Assembly: GCA_963739685.1 (NCBI GenBank)
Contig: CAVUAX010000002.1
Coordinates: forward strand, 427,062-491,061
Length of the DNA stretch: 64,000 nucleotides
Origin: an uncultured Bacteroidales bacterium
Lineage (GTDB): Bacteria > Bacteroidota > Bacteroidia > Bacteroidales > VadinHA17
Direction: 5' to 3'
Under the pieces are notes generated by a model. That model searched no databases. It was not told the origin of the DNA and was given only the letters and a program-made list of their open reading frames with translations. Shown one piece after another: positions 43,194 to 52,349 of this stretch. The number at the start of each line of letters is the position of its first letter. The stretch's first letter is position 1. The position numbers and the translations under genes are program-made.

Positions 43194-43256
43194 CGATCTA
43201 AACTATTAAGATTTTAAAAAAAATATAATAGTAATGAACTTTAAGAATTAAACGAA

Positions 43257-43847
43257 ATGATACAAATAGATTTTAGTAAAGGAAACGGGCTGATACCTGC
43301 TGTAATTCAGGATAATAATACCTTACAGGTACTTATGGTAGGCTTTATGAATGAGGAGGCTCTCCGGAAAACAGAAAAGGAGGGAAAAGTCACTTTTTTC
43401 AGCAGAAGCAAGAATCGCCTTTGGACAAAAGGTGAAACATCAGGCAACTATCTGTATGTTAAAAATATAACAACAGATTGCGACAATGATACACTCCTGA
43501 TAAAGGTCAATCCGGAGGGACCTGTATGTCATAAGGGAACCACTTCATGTTTTGGTGAAGAAACCGCAAAAGGATTCATTTACCAGCTTGAACAAATTAT
43601 CAATCAGAGAATTGATGATAATATCCCGGATTCATATACAAACAAAATATATCGTCAGGGAATTAATAAATCTGCCCAAAAAGTCGGAGAGGAAGCAGTT
43701 GAACTGGTAATTGAAGCTAAGGACAATAATATTGAACTGTTTAAAAATGAGGCTGCTGATTTGCTTTATCATATGTTAATACTGTTCAAGTTGAAGGGTG
43801 TTAATTTCTCAACCATTGAAGATTGCTTGTTTAAAAGACATAAATAA
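43257..43847 (+). CDS. hisI: Bifunctional phosphoribosyl-AMP cyclohydrolase / phosphoribosyl-ATP pyrophosphatase
   Basis: 196 aa. It carries GLIPAVIQDNNT..VLMVGFMNEEAL, SRSKNRLWTKGETSGN, and the C-terminal HisE part ...EEAVELVIEAKD...EAADLLYHMLIL. Confidence 0.92.
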   Translation: MIQIDFSKGNGLIPAVIQDNNTLQVLMVGFMNEEALRKTEKEGKVTFFSRSKNRLWTKGETSGNYLYVKNITTDCDNDTLLIKVNPEGPVCHKGTTSCFGEETAKGFIYQLEQIINQRIDDNIPDSYTNKIYRQGINKSAQKVGEEAVELVIEAKDNNIELFKNEAADLLYHMLILFKLKGVNFSTIEDCLFKRHK

Positions 43848-43883
43848 TTTATTGTTTTTTACTTGATTTTTTAAAAAATACCT

Positions 43884-43891
43884 TACATTTG
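43884..43891 (+). promoter_or_regulatory. -7 promoter box (TAnnTTTG) for the aromatic unit
   Basis: The sequence is tacatttg. A TTG at 43863-43865, 18 nt upstream, is a possible -33 element. Confidence 0.5.
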
Positions 43892-43911
43892 CATGCAAAT
43901 ATGATAGTAAT

Positions 43912-43977
43912 ATGAAAATTGTATACAACAACTTTACCACTTATTTTAGCTTCTTTTTTTATTTTAAAAAGAGATAA
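43912..43977 (+). promoter_or_regulatory. Phe/Tyr-rich leader peptide ORF
   Basis: atg aaa att gta tac aac aac ttt acc act tat ttt agc ttc ttt ttt tat ttt aaa aag aga taa encodes MKIVYNNFTTYFSFFFYFKKR. It has 6 Phe and 3 Tyr in 21 codons, including the run YFSFFFYF. Confidence 0.75.
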
Positions 43978-44019
43978 GGGGCTGTTTGTGTACAATAATT
44001 AAATTTATACCAAAACAAG

Positions 44020-44046
44020 GTCCCCGGAAAAGGGGACTTTTTTTTT
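44020..44046 (+). terminator. Attenuator terminator upstream of pheA
   Basis: gtcccc ggaaaa ggggac forms the hairpin, followed by T9. It ends 15 nt before the pheA ATG. Confidence 0.75.
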
Positions 44047-44061
44047 AAAATTATCTTTGAA

Positions 44062-44892
44062 ATGAAAATATCAATTCAGGGTGAAGCCGGAAGTTTTCAT
44101 GAAGTAGCGGCAAGGCAGTATTTCAATGATATTGAAATAGACATTGTTCCCTGCACAACGTTCGACCAGACGCTAATTGCTGCCAAAAAAGGGGATGCAG
44201 ATTATGCAGTAATGGCAATCGAGAATGCACGTTCAGGAAGTATCCTTTACAATTATACACTGATAAGGGAATCGGGAATGAAGATACTTGGAGAACATAA
44301 TCTGAGGATCATACAGAATCTCATGGCCCTGCCAGGTCAATCGATCTCAGAAATCAGCGAAATAAGATCTCACCCGATTGCTCTTGCACAATGCATGACA
44401 TTTCTTAATCACCACCCGGGTATTACTCTCGTGGAAGCCGATGATACAGCCGGCAGTGCAAAACTTATTGGTGAAAAAAAGATGAAAGGTATTGCCGCAA
44501 TCGCCTCATCAAACGCTGCCAGAATTTACGGCCTTGAAATAATTGCACCGGGAATTGAGACTTATACAAAGAATTATACACGGTTCCTGGTAATCGGCAA
44601 CACGGATAAGAAGGAACCTGGCGGAAATAAAGTTTCAATCTGCTTTTCAGCGGGTCACAGACCCGGATCACTGGCAACAATACTGGTCAGGATTGCGGAA
44701 CTGGATATCAATCTGTCAAAAATACAATCGGTTCCGAGATTAAACGGGGAGTGGGAATACATGTTTTACCTTGATCTTGAACTGCCCGGGAATACTGATG
44801 TGGATATGATCCTGAATGTCATAGAGAACTATACTACAAATTTAGAAGTCCTTGGAGTATACAAAAAAAGAGCAGTATTATATGAGAGTTAA
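44062..44892 (+). CDS. pheA: Prephenate dehydratase with C-terminal ACT domain
   Basis: 276 aa. It carries ISIQGEAGSFHE, AVMAIENARSGSI, TRFLVIG and the ACT region GHRPGSLATIL. Confidence 0.9.
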   Translation: MKISIQGEAGSFHEVAARQYFNDIEIDIVPCTTFDQTLIAAKKGDADYAVMAIENARSGSILYNYTLIRESGMKILGEHNLRIIQNLMALPGQSISEISEIRSHPIALAQCMTFLNHHPGITLVEADDTAGSAKLIGEKKMKGIAAIASSNAARIYGLEIIAPGIETYTKNYTRFLVIGNTDKKEPGGNKVSICFSAGHRPGSLATILVRIAELDINLSKIQSVPRLNGEWEYMFYLDLELPGNTDVDMILNVIENYTTNLEVLGVYKKRAVLYES

Positions 44893-46069
44893 ACCTTCAG
44901 AACGCACTAACAGTGTGCAGGAATATTACTTTTCACAAAAGCTGAAGCAGATAGATCAGTTACGGAAAGCAGGCGTCGATATAATCAATCTTGGCATCGG
45001 CAGTCCGGACCAGCCTCCATCGGAGAACACTATAGCCCGTCTGAATGAAGAGGTAAATAAAATTACCGTACATGGTTACCAGAGTTATATAGGAATCCCC
45101 GCTTTACGCAAAGCATTTGCTGACTGGTATAAAACATATTTTAAAGTTGATCTGAATCCGGAAAATGAAATTCTGCCACTCATGGGCAGCAAGGAAGGAA
45201 TAATGCACATAAGTATGGCCTTTGTTAATCAGGGCGATGAGGTGCTGATCCCTGACCCGGGCTACCCTACCTATGCCTCGGTAACAAAGCTTGTCGGAGG
45301 TAAGGTAAGATACTATGAACTGGATGAGAAAAATAACTGGCTTCCCGATTTAGATGAATTGGAAAAAAGTGATCTGTCAGGAGTTAAACTTATGTGGGTA
45401 AATTATCCGCATATGCCGACTGGAGTAACTGGTTCAGTTAAATTATTTGAAAAGCTGGTCGCCTTCGCACTGAAGCATAATATCCTTATTTGCAACGACA
45501 ATCCATACAGCTTCATCTTAAACAAAGACTATATCAGCATTCTTGCTGTAAACGATGCAAAAGAATGCGCCCTGGAACTTAATTCTCTAAGCAAGTCTCA
45601 TAATATGGCAGGCTGGAGAATTGGGATGGTCGCCGGACACAGCGGGTATATTACAAGTGTACTAAAAGTAAAAAGTAATATGGATTCGGGGATGTTCATG
45701 CCAATTCAAATGGCTGCTGTTGAAGCTCTTGGTAATCCTCCATCGTGGTACGGCAAAATTAATGAAATATACTCCAGGCGAAGGAAAATAGTAGAGGAAA
45801 TAATGGATATTCTAAACTGCAGATATAATAAAAATCAGGCAGGACTATTTGTATGGGGACGTATCCCTGAAGGTATTAAAAGTTGCGAATTGTTTGTAGA
45901 TGATATTCTTTTAAAAGCTCATGTATTCATTACTCCCGGATTTATATTCGGAGGAAAAGGAGATCGCTATATACGAATCTCATTATGCGCCGCAGAAAAT
46001 ATTTTACTGGAAGCTAAAAAAAGGATAGGCAGCTATCTCAACGTCCCTCTGAACCAACTTAACCACTGA
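44882..46069 (+). CDS. Class I/II PLP aminotransferase (probable aromatic/prephenate aminotransferase)
   Basis: The ORF is 44852-46069. The likely start is MRVKPSERTNSV at 44882, overlapping the pheA stop. It carries NLGIGSPD, NNPYS-type DNPYSF, and SLSKSHNMAGWRIG (PLP lysine). Confidence 0.85.
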   Translation: MRVKPSERTNSVQEYYFSQKLKQIDQLRKAGVDIINLGIGSPDQPPSENTIARLNEEVNKITVHGYQSYIGIPALRKAFADWYKTYFKVDLNPENEILPLMGSKEGIMHISMAFVNQGDEVLIPDPGYPTYASVTKLVGGKVRYYELDEKNNWLPDLDELEKSDLSGVKLMWVNYPHMPTGVTGSVKLFEKLVAFALKHNILICNDNPYSFILNKDYISILAVNDAKECALELNSLSKSHNMAGWRIGMVAGHSGYITSVLKVKSNMDSGMFMPIQMAAVEALGNPPSWYGKINEIYSRRRKIVEEIMDILNCRYNKNQAGLFVWGRIPEGIKSCELFVDDILLKAHVFITPGFIFGGKGDRYIRISLCAAENILLEAKKRIGSYLNVPLNQLNH

Positions 46070-46106
46070 TATAAAAAATAAATTAATTAACAAATCAACA
46101 TTCTGA

Positions 46107-46952
46107 ATGACAATAACGGTAATAGGAATAGGACTCATCGGCGGATCAATGATGATAGATCTGCGTAAACGCGGGTTTGCAGATAAGATAATAGGTGTAG
46201 ATACAAATTTACAGCATCAGAACATTGCACTGCTTTGCGGACTTGTTGATGAGATCGACACACTTGAAAACGGAGTCATGAAAAGCGACATGATAATACT
46301 TACAACGCCGGTCAATACAAATTGCATGTTACTTCCCGGAATTCTGGATATGATTAATGGTACGAAAAAAGTAGTTACTGATATGGGGTCAACAAAAGGT
46401 AGTATTGCCGAAGCCTCAAAAAATCATCCGAACCGGGGGCGTTTTGTTGCAGCCCATCCCATGGCGGGAACCGAATACTCGGGTCCACTGGCCTCCATAG
46501 GCAAACTTTTTGACTATAAACCTGTTATTATCTGTGACCCGGAATTGAGTGACCCTGATTCTCTTGAAACGGTTGAACAGATGCTTCAGATACTTAATAT
46601 GCGCAAGATATATATGAATTCAAGCGATCATGACAGACATGTGGCCTACGTCTCACATATATCACATATTACCTCATTTTCACTTGCCTTAAGTGTTCTG
46701 GATAAGGAACAGGAAGAACAAAATATACTGAATCTCGCAGGCGGTGGTTTTGAAAGCACAGTCCGCCTTGCCAAAAGTAACGGAGACACATGGGCTCCTA
46801 TATTTTCAGAAAACTCAGAGTACATTCTTCAGGTTATGGATACATTTATTGAAAAGATGAATATTTTCAGGCGACTGATTGCCGGAAAAGATATTAAGGG
46901 ATTAAGATCTGTTATGGAAGAAGCAAATAAAATAAAAAAGATATTAAACTAA
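46107..46952 (+). CDS. tyrA: Prephenate dehydrogenase
   Basis: 281 aa. It has the Rossmann start ITVIGIGLIGGSM, plus AAHPMAGTE and HDRHVAYVSHISHI. Confidence 0.88.
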   Translation: MTITVIGIGLIGGSMMIDLRKRGFADKIIGVDTNLQHQNIALLCGLVDEIDTLENGVMKSDMIILTTPVNTNCMLLPGILDMINGTKKVVTDMGSTKGSIAEASKNHPNRGRFVAAHPMAGTEYSGPLASIGKLFDYKPVIICDPELSDPDSLETVEQMLQILNMRKIYMNSSDHDRHVAYVSHISHITSFSLALSVLDKEQEEQNILNLAGGGFESTVRLAKSNGDTWAPIFSENSEYILQVMDTFIEKMNIFRRLIAGKDIKGLRSVMEEANKIKKILN

Positions 46953-46967
46953 CTAATTCGATAATCA

Positions 46968-48095
46968 ATGGCTGTAAATCTTAAAAGTTCTCTTATAAAA
47001 GAATGGAGGGGCTATAAAGGCCGGCCATTTCTTATTGCAGGACCATGCAGTGCTGAAACGGAGGAGCAGGTGATGGAAACCGCCCGTCAGTTGGCAGAAA
47101 TAAAGAAGGTCAGTGTCTTCCGCGCAGGTATCTGGAAACCCAGAACACGGCCAAATTCATTCGAAGGAATCGGCACAGAGGGTCTGAGATGGCTTCGGAG
47201 AGTGAAAGAGGAAACCGGGCTTCTTGTTGGAACTGAAGTAGCTAATGAAAAACATGTGTATGAAGCCCTGAAATATGGCATCGATATGCTTTGGATAGGT
47301 GCCAGGACATCTGTCAATCCATTCACAGTTCAGGAGATATCCGATGCCTTAAGTGGCGTTGATGTGATGGTATTGGTTAAGAATCCGATAAACCCTGATA
47401 TTGAATTATGGCTGGGTGCGCTGGAACGTATTTCGCGGGCAGGAATAACCCGCCTGGGAGCGATTCACCGTGGATTTTCCTCATATGAAAAGACAACATA
47501 TCGTAACCAACCTAACTGGCAACTGCCTATAGAGCTGCGCCGACGGGTACCTGATCTGCCCATTATCTGCGATCCAAGTCATATTGCAGGTGCCCGCCAA
47601 TATCTCCATGAAATTTCGCAGAAAGCATTGGACCTGAATTTCGACGGACTGATGATTGAGTCACATATTAATCCAAAAGAGGCACTAAGCGATGCTGCCC
47701 AGCAGCTTACCCCTAATGACCTTAAAGAGCTTTTAAGCAGACTCATCCTGAGGAGCGCTTCAACGTCCGATCCGAAATTGCTTGATGTACTGGGAGAACT
47801 CCGTCAGCAAATCGACTTATATGATGATCATTTGCTCGACCTTCTTGAACAACGTATGAAAGTGGTCGAAACTATAGGCAGATATAAAAAGGAAAATAAT
47901 ATCACTATCTTGCAGAGCAGCCGGTGGGACGAAATAATTAACAAAGTCATAGATAAGGGACAGGCAAAAGGATTAAGCCCTGAAATGATAGACACTATTT
48001 TCAAGGCTATCCATCAGGAATCCATTAACCATCAGATGAGGGTCATGAATAACGGAGTCAATAATCCTGGAAAAGGTAAAAAAATTAGAAACTGA
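46968..48095 (+). CDS. Bifunctional DAHP synthase (type I-beta) / chorismate mutase
   Basis: 375 aa. It carries IAGPCSAETEEQ, FRAGIWKPRT and ICDPSH. The C-terminal CM domain reads LRQQIDLYDDHLLDLLEQRMKVVETIGRYKKENNITI. Confidence 0.88.
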   Translation: MAVNLKSSLIKEWRGYKGRPFLIAGPCSAETEEQVMETARQLAEIKKVSVFRAGIWKPRTRPNSFEGIGTEGLRWLRRVKEETGLLVGTEVANEKHVYEALKYGIDMLWIGARTSVNPFTVQEISDALSGVDVMVLVKNPINPDIELWLGALERISRAGITRLGAIHRGFSSYEKTTYRNQPNWQLPIELRRRVPDLPIICDPSHIAGARQYLHEISQKALDLNFDGLMIESHINPKEALSDAAQQLTPNDLKELLSRLILRSASTSDPKLLDVLGELRQQIDLYDDHLLDLLEQRMKVVETIGRYKKENNITILQSSRWDEIINKVIDKGQAKGLSPEMIDTIFKAIHQESINHQMRVMNNGVNNPGKGKKIRN

Positions 48096-49346
48096 TGGAA
48101 AGAAACATTGAACCGTCCAGAGTTGAAGGAAAAATAAAAGCCCCTTCATCAAAAAGCATGACGCAAAGGGCTATTGCAGCAGCAATGCTTGCTGAAGGTC
48201 AAAGCACAATAATAAATCCCTCATACTGCGACGATTCACTTGCAGCTATGAGTATTGCGGTGGGTCTGGGTGCAAAAGTAGAACCTGGAACCGATGAATT
48301 GAAGATAACAGGTTGCGGTGAATTGAAAGAAACCAGACTTAATTGCGGAGAATCAGGTCTTGCAATCCGTATGTTTTCGCCCATTGCTGCGCTTTTCCCG
48401 GCTGAGATCACAATGTCGGGGGGAGGATTCTCTTAAAAAAAGGCCTATGGTGATGATAGAAGAAGCATTAGGTCAACTAGGTGTCAGGTGTCAAAGCTCC
48501 GGGGGATTTCTTCCCCTTACCATTCATGGACCGGTAAAAGGAGGAAACCTTGAAATTAACGGTTCGATAAGTTCCCAGCTCCTCACAGGTCTGCTTATGG
48601 CGCTACCTCTTGCAAAAAAAGATTCCGAAATAAAGGTTATTAATCTGAAAAGCAGACCCTACATAGATATGACGATCCAGGTGCTTAAAGAATTTGGAAT
48701 ATCTATTGAAAATGAAAACTATAAACTCTTTCACATTCCTGGCAATCAACGTTTTAAAGCACTTAATTACAGGGTTGAAAGTGACTGGAGCGGCGCAGCA
48801 TTTCTGCTTGTTGCAGGTGCTATTAACGGGAACCTTATTATAGAAGGACTCAATACTGAAAGCAAACAGAGCGATATGGCGATAATTGAAGCTCTCAGAA
48901 AAGCCGGAGCACATATTGAAATAAGAAACAATAACGTTGAAGTGTCCAGATCAGAATTGAACGGATTTGAATTCGATGCCACCGAATCACCAGATCTGTT
49001 TCCTCCGCTGGCAGCACTGGCATCTTATTGTAAGGGAGAAACCATAATCAAAGGTGTTTCAAGACTGGAACATAAAGAAAGTAACCGTGCTGCAACATTA
49101 AAGGGGGAGTTTGCCAGACTGAATGTCAAGATAGAAATAAACAAGGATTTGATGATTATAAAGGGAAGCAAAGTAAGTGGGGGGAGCGTTTCTTCTCATG
49201 ATGACCACCGGATTGCAATGGCTGTTTCAGTTGCAGCGTTGGGTGCAACAGGAAAGGTATCTGTAAAAGATTCGCAATGTGTCACAAAATCATATCCGGA
49301 ATTTTATAATGATCTCAGACATATAGGTGCCATTGTTTATGAATGA
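48095..49346 (+). pseudogene. aroA: EPSP synthase with a single +1 frame error in a G6 run
   Basis: ORF 48095-48436 (…APSSKSMTQRA…) ends at ...ITMSGGGFS*. ORF 48360-49346 continues ...DSLKKRPMVMIEEAL.... Removing one G from gggggg (48418-48423) restores ...MSGEDSLKKRPM.... Confidence 0.9.
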
Positions 49347-49450
49347 TATCCAATTGTGGCAAATTATATTGTGTAAATAAATATAAGGTTACTATTACCG
49401 GTAAAATAAAAATATTTTGTGGTATATTGAAACAGATTAAAATAATTAAT

Positions 49451-49458
49451 TAGATTTG
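49451..49458 (+). promoter_or_regulatory. -7 promoter box (TAnnTTTG) upstream of the trp leader
   Basis: The sequence is tagatttg. It ends only 5 nt before the leader ATG, which would imply a leaderless or near-leaderless transcript, or another promoter. Confidence 0.35.
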
Positions 49459-49463
49459 TGGTC

Positions 49464-49523
49464 ATGGAGACAAAGAGGGTATATTTGTGGTTATGGCGCA
49501 GCTTGATTAATGATACTGTGTAA
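49464..49523 (+). promoter_or_regulatory. trp leader peptide ORF
   Basis: atg gag aca aag agg gta tat ttg tgg tta tgg cgc agc ttg att aat gat act gtg taa encodes METKRVYLWLWRSLINDTV. It has two Trp codons separated by one codon. Confidence 0.65.
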
Positions 49524-49562
49524 CAGGCCGTTTTACAACCCATGAAAAATATTTTTTATAAG

Positions 49563-49590
49563 GGCACGCTGTACACAGTGTGCCTTTTTT
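49563..49590 (+). terminator. Attenuator terminator upstream of trpB2
   Basis: ggcacgctgt ac acagtgtgcc forms a stem of about 9 bp including one G-U, followed by T6. Confidence 0.7.
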
Positions 49591-49620
49591 ATTTTAAACT
49601 TTTAACCAAACTAAATAATT

Positions 49621-50988
49621 ATGGAAAAATTAAGAAGAATTTTATTAAACGAAAATGAGATGCCAAGGCAATGGTACAATATCGTGGCTGATATGCCAAA
49701 CAAACCTTTGCCCCCTTTAAATCCGGCTACCCGAACACCAATTGGTCCGGAGGCTCTTGCTGCCGTTTTCCCAATGGAGCTTATAAAGCAGGAGGTGTCG
49801 GCAGAAAGGTATGTTGATATACCCGAAGAGGTTCTCGATCTTTACAGGTCTTATCGTCCCTCTCCTATGTACAGGGCTGTTGACCTGGAAAAAGCATTGG
49901 GTACAAAAAGCAAAATATATTATAAGTATGAGGGAGGTAATTATTCTGGATCCCATAAAGCAAATACTGCCATTGCTCAGGCTTATTACAATAAAAAAGA
50001 GGGGGTCAGGCGGATCACAACAGAGACCGGCGCAGGACAATGGGGAAGTGCAATGAGTTTCGCATGCCATCACTTCGGTCTTGAACTTCTGGTCTTCATG
50101 GTAAAAATCAGTTACAACCAGAAACCTGGCCGTAAGATACTGATGAATGCCTATGATGCCAAGGTTGTTCCATCTCCATCCACTATGACAGCAGCAGGCA
50201 GGAAAATCCTTGAACTTGATCCGGAATCTCCGGGTAGTCTGGGTATTGCAATTTCCGAAGCCATGGAGGTGGCCGCCGAAGACCCATATACCAAGTATTC
50301 ACTAGGTAGTGTTCTTAATCATGTTTCCCTTCACCAGACTATCATAGGGCAGGAAGCGCTGATTCAAATGGAAATGGCAGGCGATTATCCTGATGTTGTG
50401 ATAGGTTGTTTTGGAGGTGGATCTAACTTCTCAGGAATCGCATTTCCCTTCCTGCGTGAAAAGTTGATTAATGGAAAGAAAATCAGGCTTATGGCCATTG
50501 AACCAGCTTCTTGTCCAAAACTTACAAAAGGTAAATTCATGTACGATTTTGGCGATTCCGCAGGAATGACCCCTCTCCTTCCCATGTTCACTCTCGGACA
50601 CAATTTTATGCCGGAAAAGATCCATGCAGGCGGATTACGATACCACGGTGCCGGAACAATTGTAAGTCAGCTTCTTAAAGATGGATTTGTTGAGGCAAAG
50701 GCAAAGATGCAGAGGGAATGTTTTGAAGCCGCGGTGCTTTTCGCAAGAAATGAGGGTATCCTTCCCGCGCCTGAATCTTCATATGCCATTGCCGGCGCTC
50801 TTGACGAAGCCAGAAAGGCGGACCTGGAAGGAGTTTCGAAAACCATACTTTTTAACCTTAGCGGTCATGGTCACTTTGACATTTCGGCTTATGAGAAATT
50901 TTTCGAGAATAATCTCCCTGATCATGAGATGACGCAAGCCGAAGTTGATGAAGAACTTGCCAAGCTTAATATGCCCACAGACCTTTAG
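49621..50988 (+). CDS. trpB: TrpB2-type tryptophan synthase beta-like PLP enzyme, stand-alone
   Basis: 455 aa, the long TrpB2 form. It carries ...MPRQWYNIVADMP..., GGNYSGSHKANTA (PLP lysine region), and ETGAGQWGSA. No trpA or other trp genes are adjacent. Confidence 0.88.
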   Translation: MEKLRRILLNENEMPRQWYNIVADMPNKPLPPLNPATRTPIGPEALAAVFPMELIKQEVSAERYVDIPEEVLDLYRSYRPSPMYRAVDLEKALGTKSKIYYKYEGGNYSGSHKANTAIAQAYYNKKEGVRRITTETGAGQWGSAMSFACHHFGLELLVFMVKISYNQKPGRKILMNAYDAKVVPSPSTMTAAGRKILELDPESPGSLGIAISEAMEVAAEDPYTKYSLGSVLNHVSLHQTIIGQEALIQMEMAGDYPDVVIGCFGGGSNFSGIAFPFLREKLINGKKIRLMAIEPASCPKLTKGKFMYDFGDSAGMTPLLPMFTLGHNFMPEKIHAGGLRYHGAGTIVSQLLKDGFVEAKAKMQRECFEAAVLFARNEGILPAPESSYAIAGALDEARKADLEGVSKTILFNLSGHGHFDISAYEKFFENNLPDHEMTQAEVDEELAKLNMPTDL

Positions 50989-51139
50989 GTCAAAAAAACC
51001 TCTTTTCAACTCTGTGTAACCTATTCATAAATTGGCAGACAGAGATACGACGAGATGTATCCGTTAAAAGTTTTCTATAAAGATCTGCATGATCTGCGGG
51101 AGAGGAAAATACTTCCCGCAGACCTATGCAGGTTAAATT

Positions 51140-51943
51140 TTAAAAATCTGAATAGTCAGTTGGATGACAGAGAAATGCTTTTGTCTTCGAAGTTGAATTC
51201 TTATATTCTTCCATTGCAGAAAGAGTCTTCCAATCGGGTGAATTCCTGAATGCATTCCAGCAACTATCATGCGATTTCATATCGGCATAAGTGGTCATAT
51301 ACATAAGTCGTGGTTTCTGGGATCCCATTAACACCTTGGCATAAAAAACCGCATTGGCGCCAATACTTTCAAAAATCCCAATCTCGCCACCCTCGCTGAA
51401 CATCTGAATTTTCTTTGCAGCTTTTGCCTCTGTGGCACTTTCATAGCTACGAAGTTCATAAATTCTTTCGGAAGGAGGTGTGGTAAATGAAGGAACTCTG
51501 AATTGAGGCATTCCAGTGAAGGCCTTGAGAAGAATACTCTCGTATCTTACAAATGGAGGATTATTATAGGGAGCATCAATGAAGTCTTTGCCAGCCCGGG
51601 CATAAACCTGGTCTTTCCCAAGCACATCTGAAAGCTTAAGGTACTGATCGATCGATTTGTAAGGGATAAATACATATACCAGTTTACCAAAAGCTGTGTC
51701 TTTTTCAACAGGTTTAAATACGCATACTTTGGGTATGCCTGCCCTGTGCAATGCAGGCAGATAAGCATCTTTAAGATAAGCATCTACCCTGCTTTCCTGT
51801 GATTTGTCAGCTACCCGGTAAATCCTGACTTCATAATAGTGCTGTTTTGACGGTGCAGCATTGGAGTTACTCAAAGTGACACCCATTATCGCCAGAATGA
51901 AGATGAGCGATAAGATCAATTTTACATTCCCTGATTTTTCCAT
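51140..51943 (-). CDS. NIPSNAP-family protein (two repeats) with signal peptide
   Basis: The ORF is 51140-52054. The likely start is MEKSGNVKLILSLIFILAIMGV (ATG at 51943). Repeats occur at HYYEVRIYRV... and RIYELRSYES.... Confidence 0.65.
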   Translation of the reverse strand: MEKSGNVKLILSLIFILAIMGVTLSNSNAAPSKQHYYEVRIYRVADKSQESRVDAYLKDAYLPALHRAGIPKVCVFKPVEKDTAFGKLVYVFIPYKSIDQYLKLSDVLGKDQVYARAGKDFIDAPYNNPPFVRYESILLKAFTGMPQFRVPSFTTPPSERIYELRSYESATEAKAAKKIQMFSEGGEIGIFESIGANAVFYAKVLMGSQKPRLMYMTTYADMKSHDSCWNAFRNSPDWKTLSAMEEYKNSTSKTKAFLCHPTDYSDF

Positions 51944-52349
51944 TTTAATTTTCCTGATAATTTGTTTAACATTTATTACATATTTAATCTTCAGTTCTGA
52001 ATTCAATTTAACAAATAACCTGTAAAAGAGAGTCATTGATTCGCTTTTTGACAACCCGCCTTCAGTATAACAGTAACCGGATAATTATTACCATCATGTT
52101 TCCCGGAGTATTGGTGTGTCATTAAGCTTCACAGGTATTACAAATGAAATCTTTACATTCATAACCGATCCTGCTGTAAATATACTAATTACTGTGAATA
52201 ACAGAAACCGGTTCTAATCTAAATTGAATTATAATGTTGCATAATAAACGCATAGTTAAAGTTAAAAGAATGTTATGCTCACTGCCCGAATGGCTAAAGG
52301 GAATATATATTCAAAAGGTGAATTTAGGTTGACTCTTAAAAAATAAATT

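Noticed and set aside
43024-43209. 61-aa ORF ([24 protein letters not shown]...GGKKSRGGDLNY) starting at the hisF stop codon
   Set aside because: Its Pro/Gly/Lys composition is simply the translation of the C-runs, G-runs and A-runs of the repeat element. The two 31-nt units are conserved at nucleotide level, not in a codon-like pattern. I treat it as non-coding.
51094-51121. 8-bp hairpin ctgcggga...tcccgcag between convergent trpB2 and the NIPSNAP gene, as a bidirectional terminator
   Set aside because: No U-tract follows on either strand, so the evidence is too weak to call.
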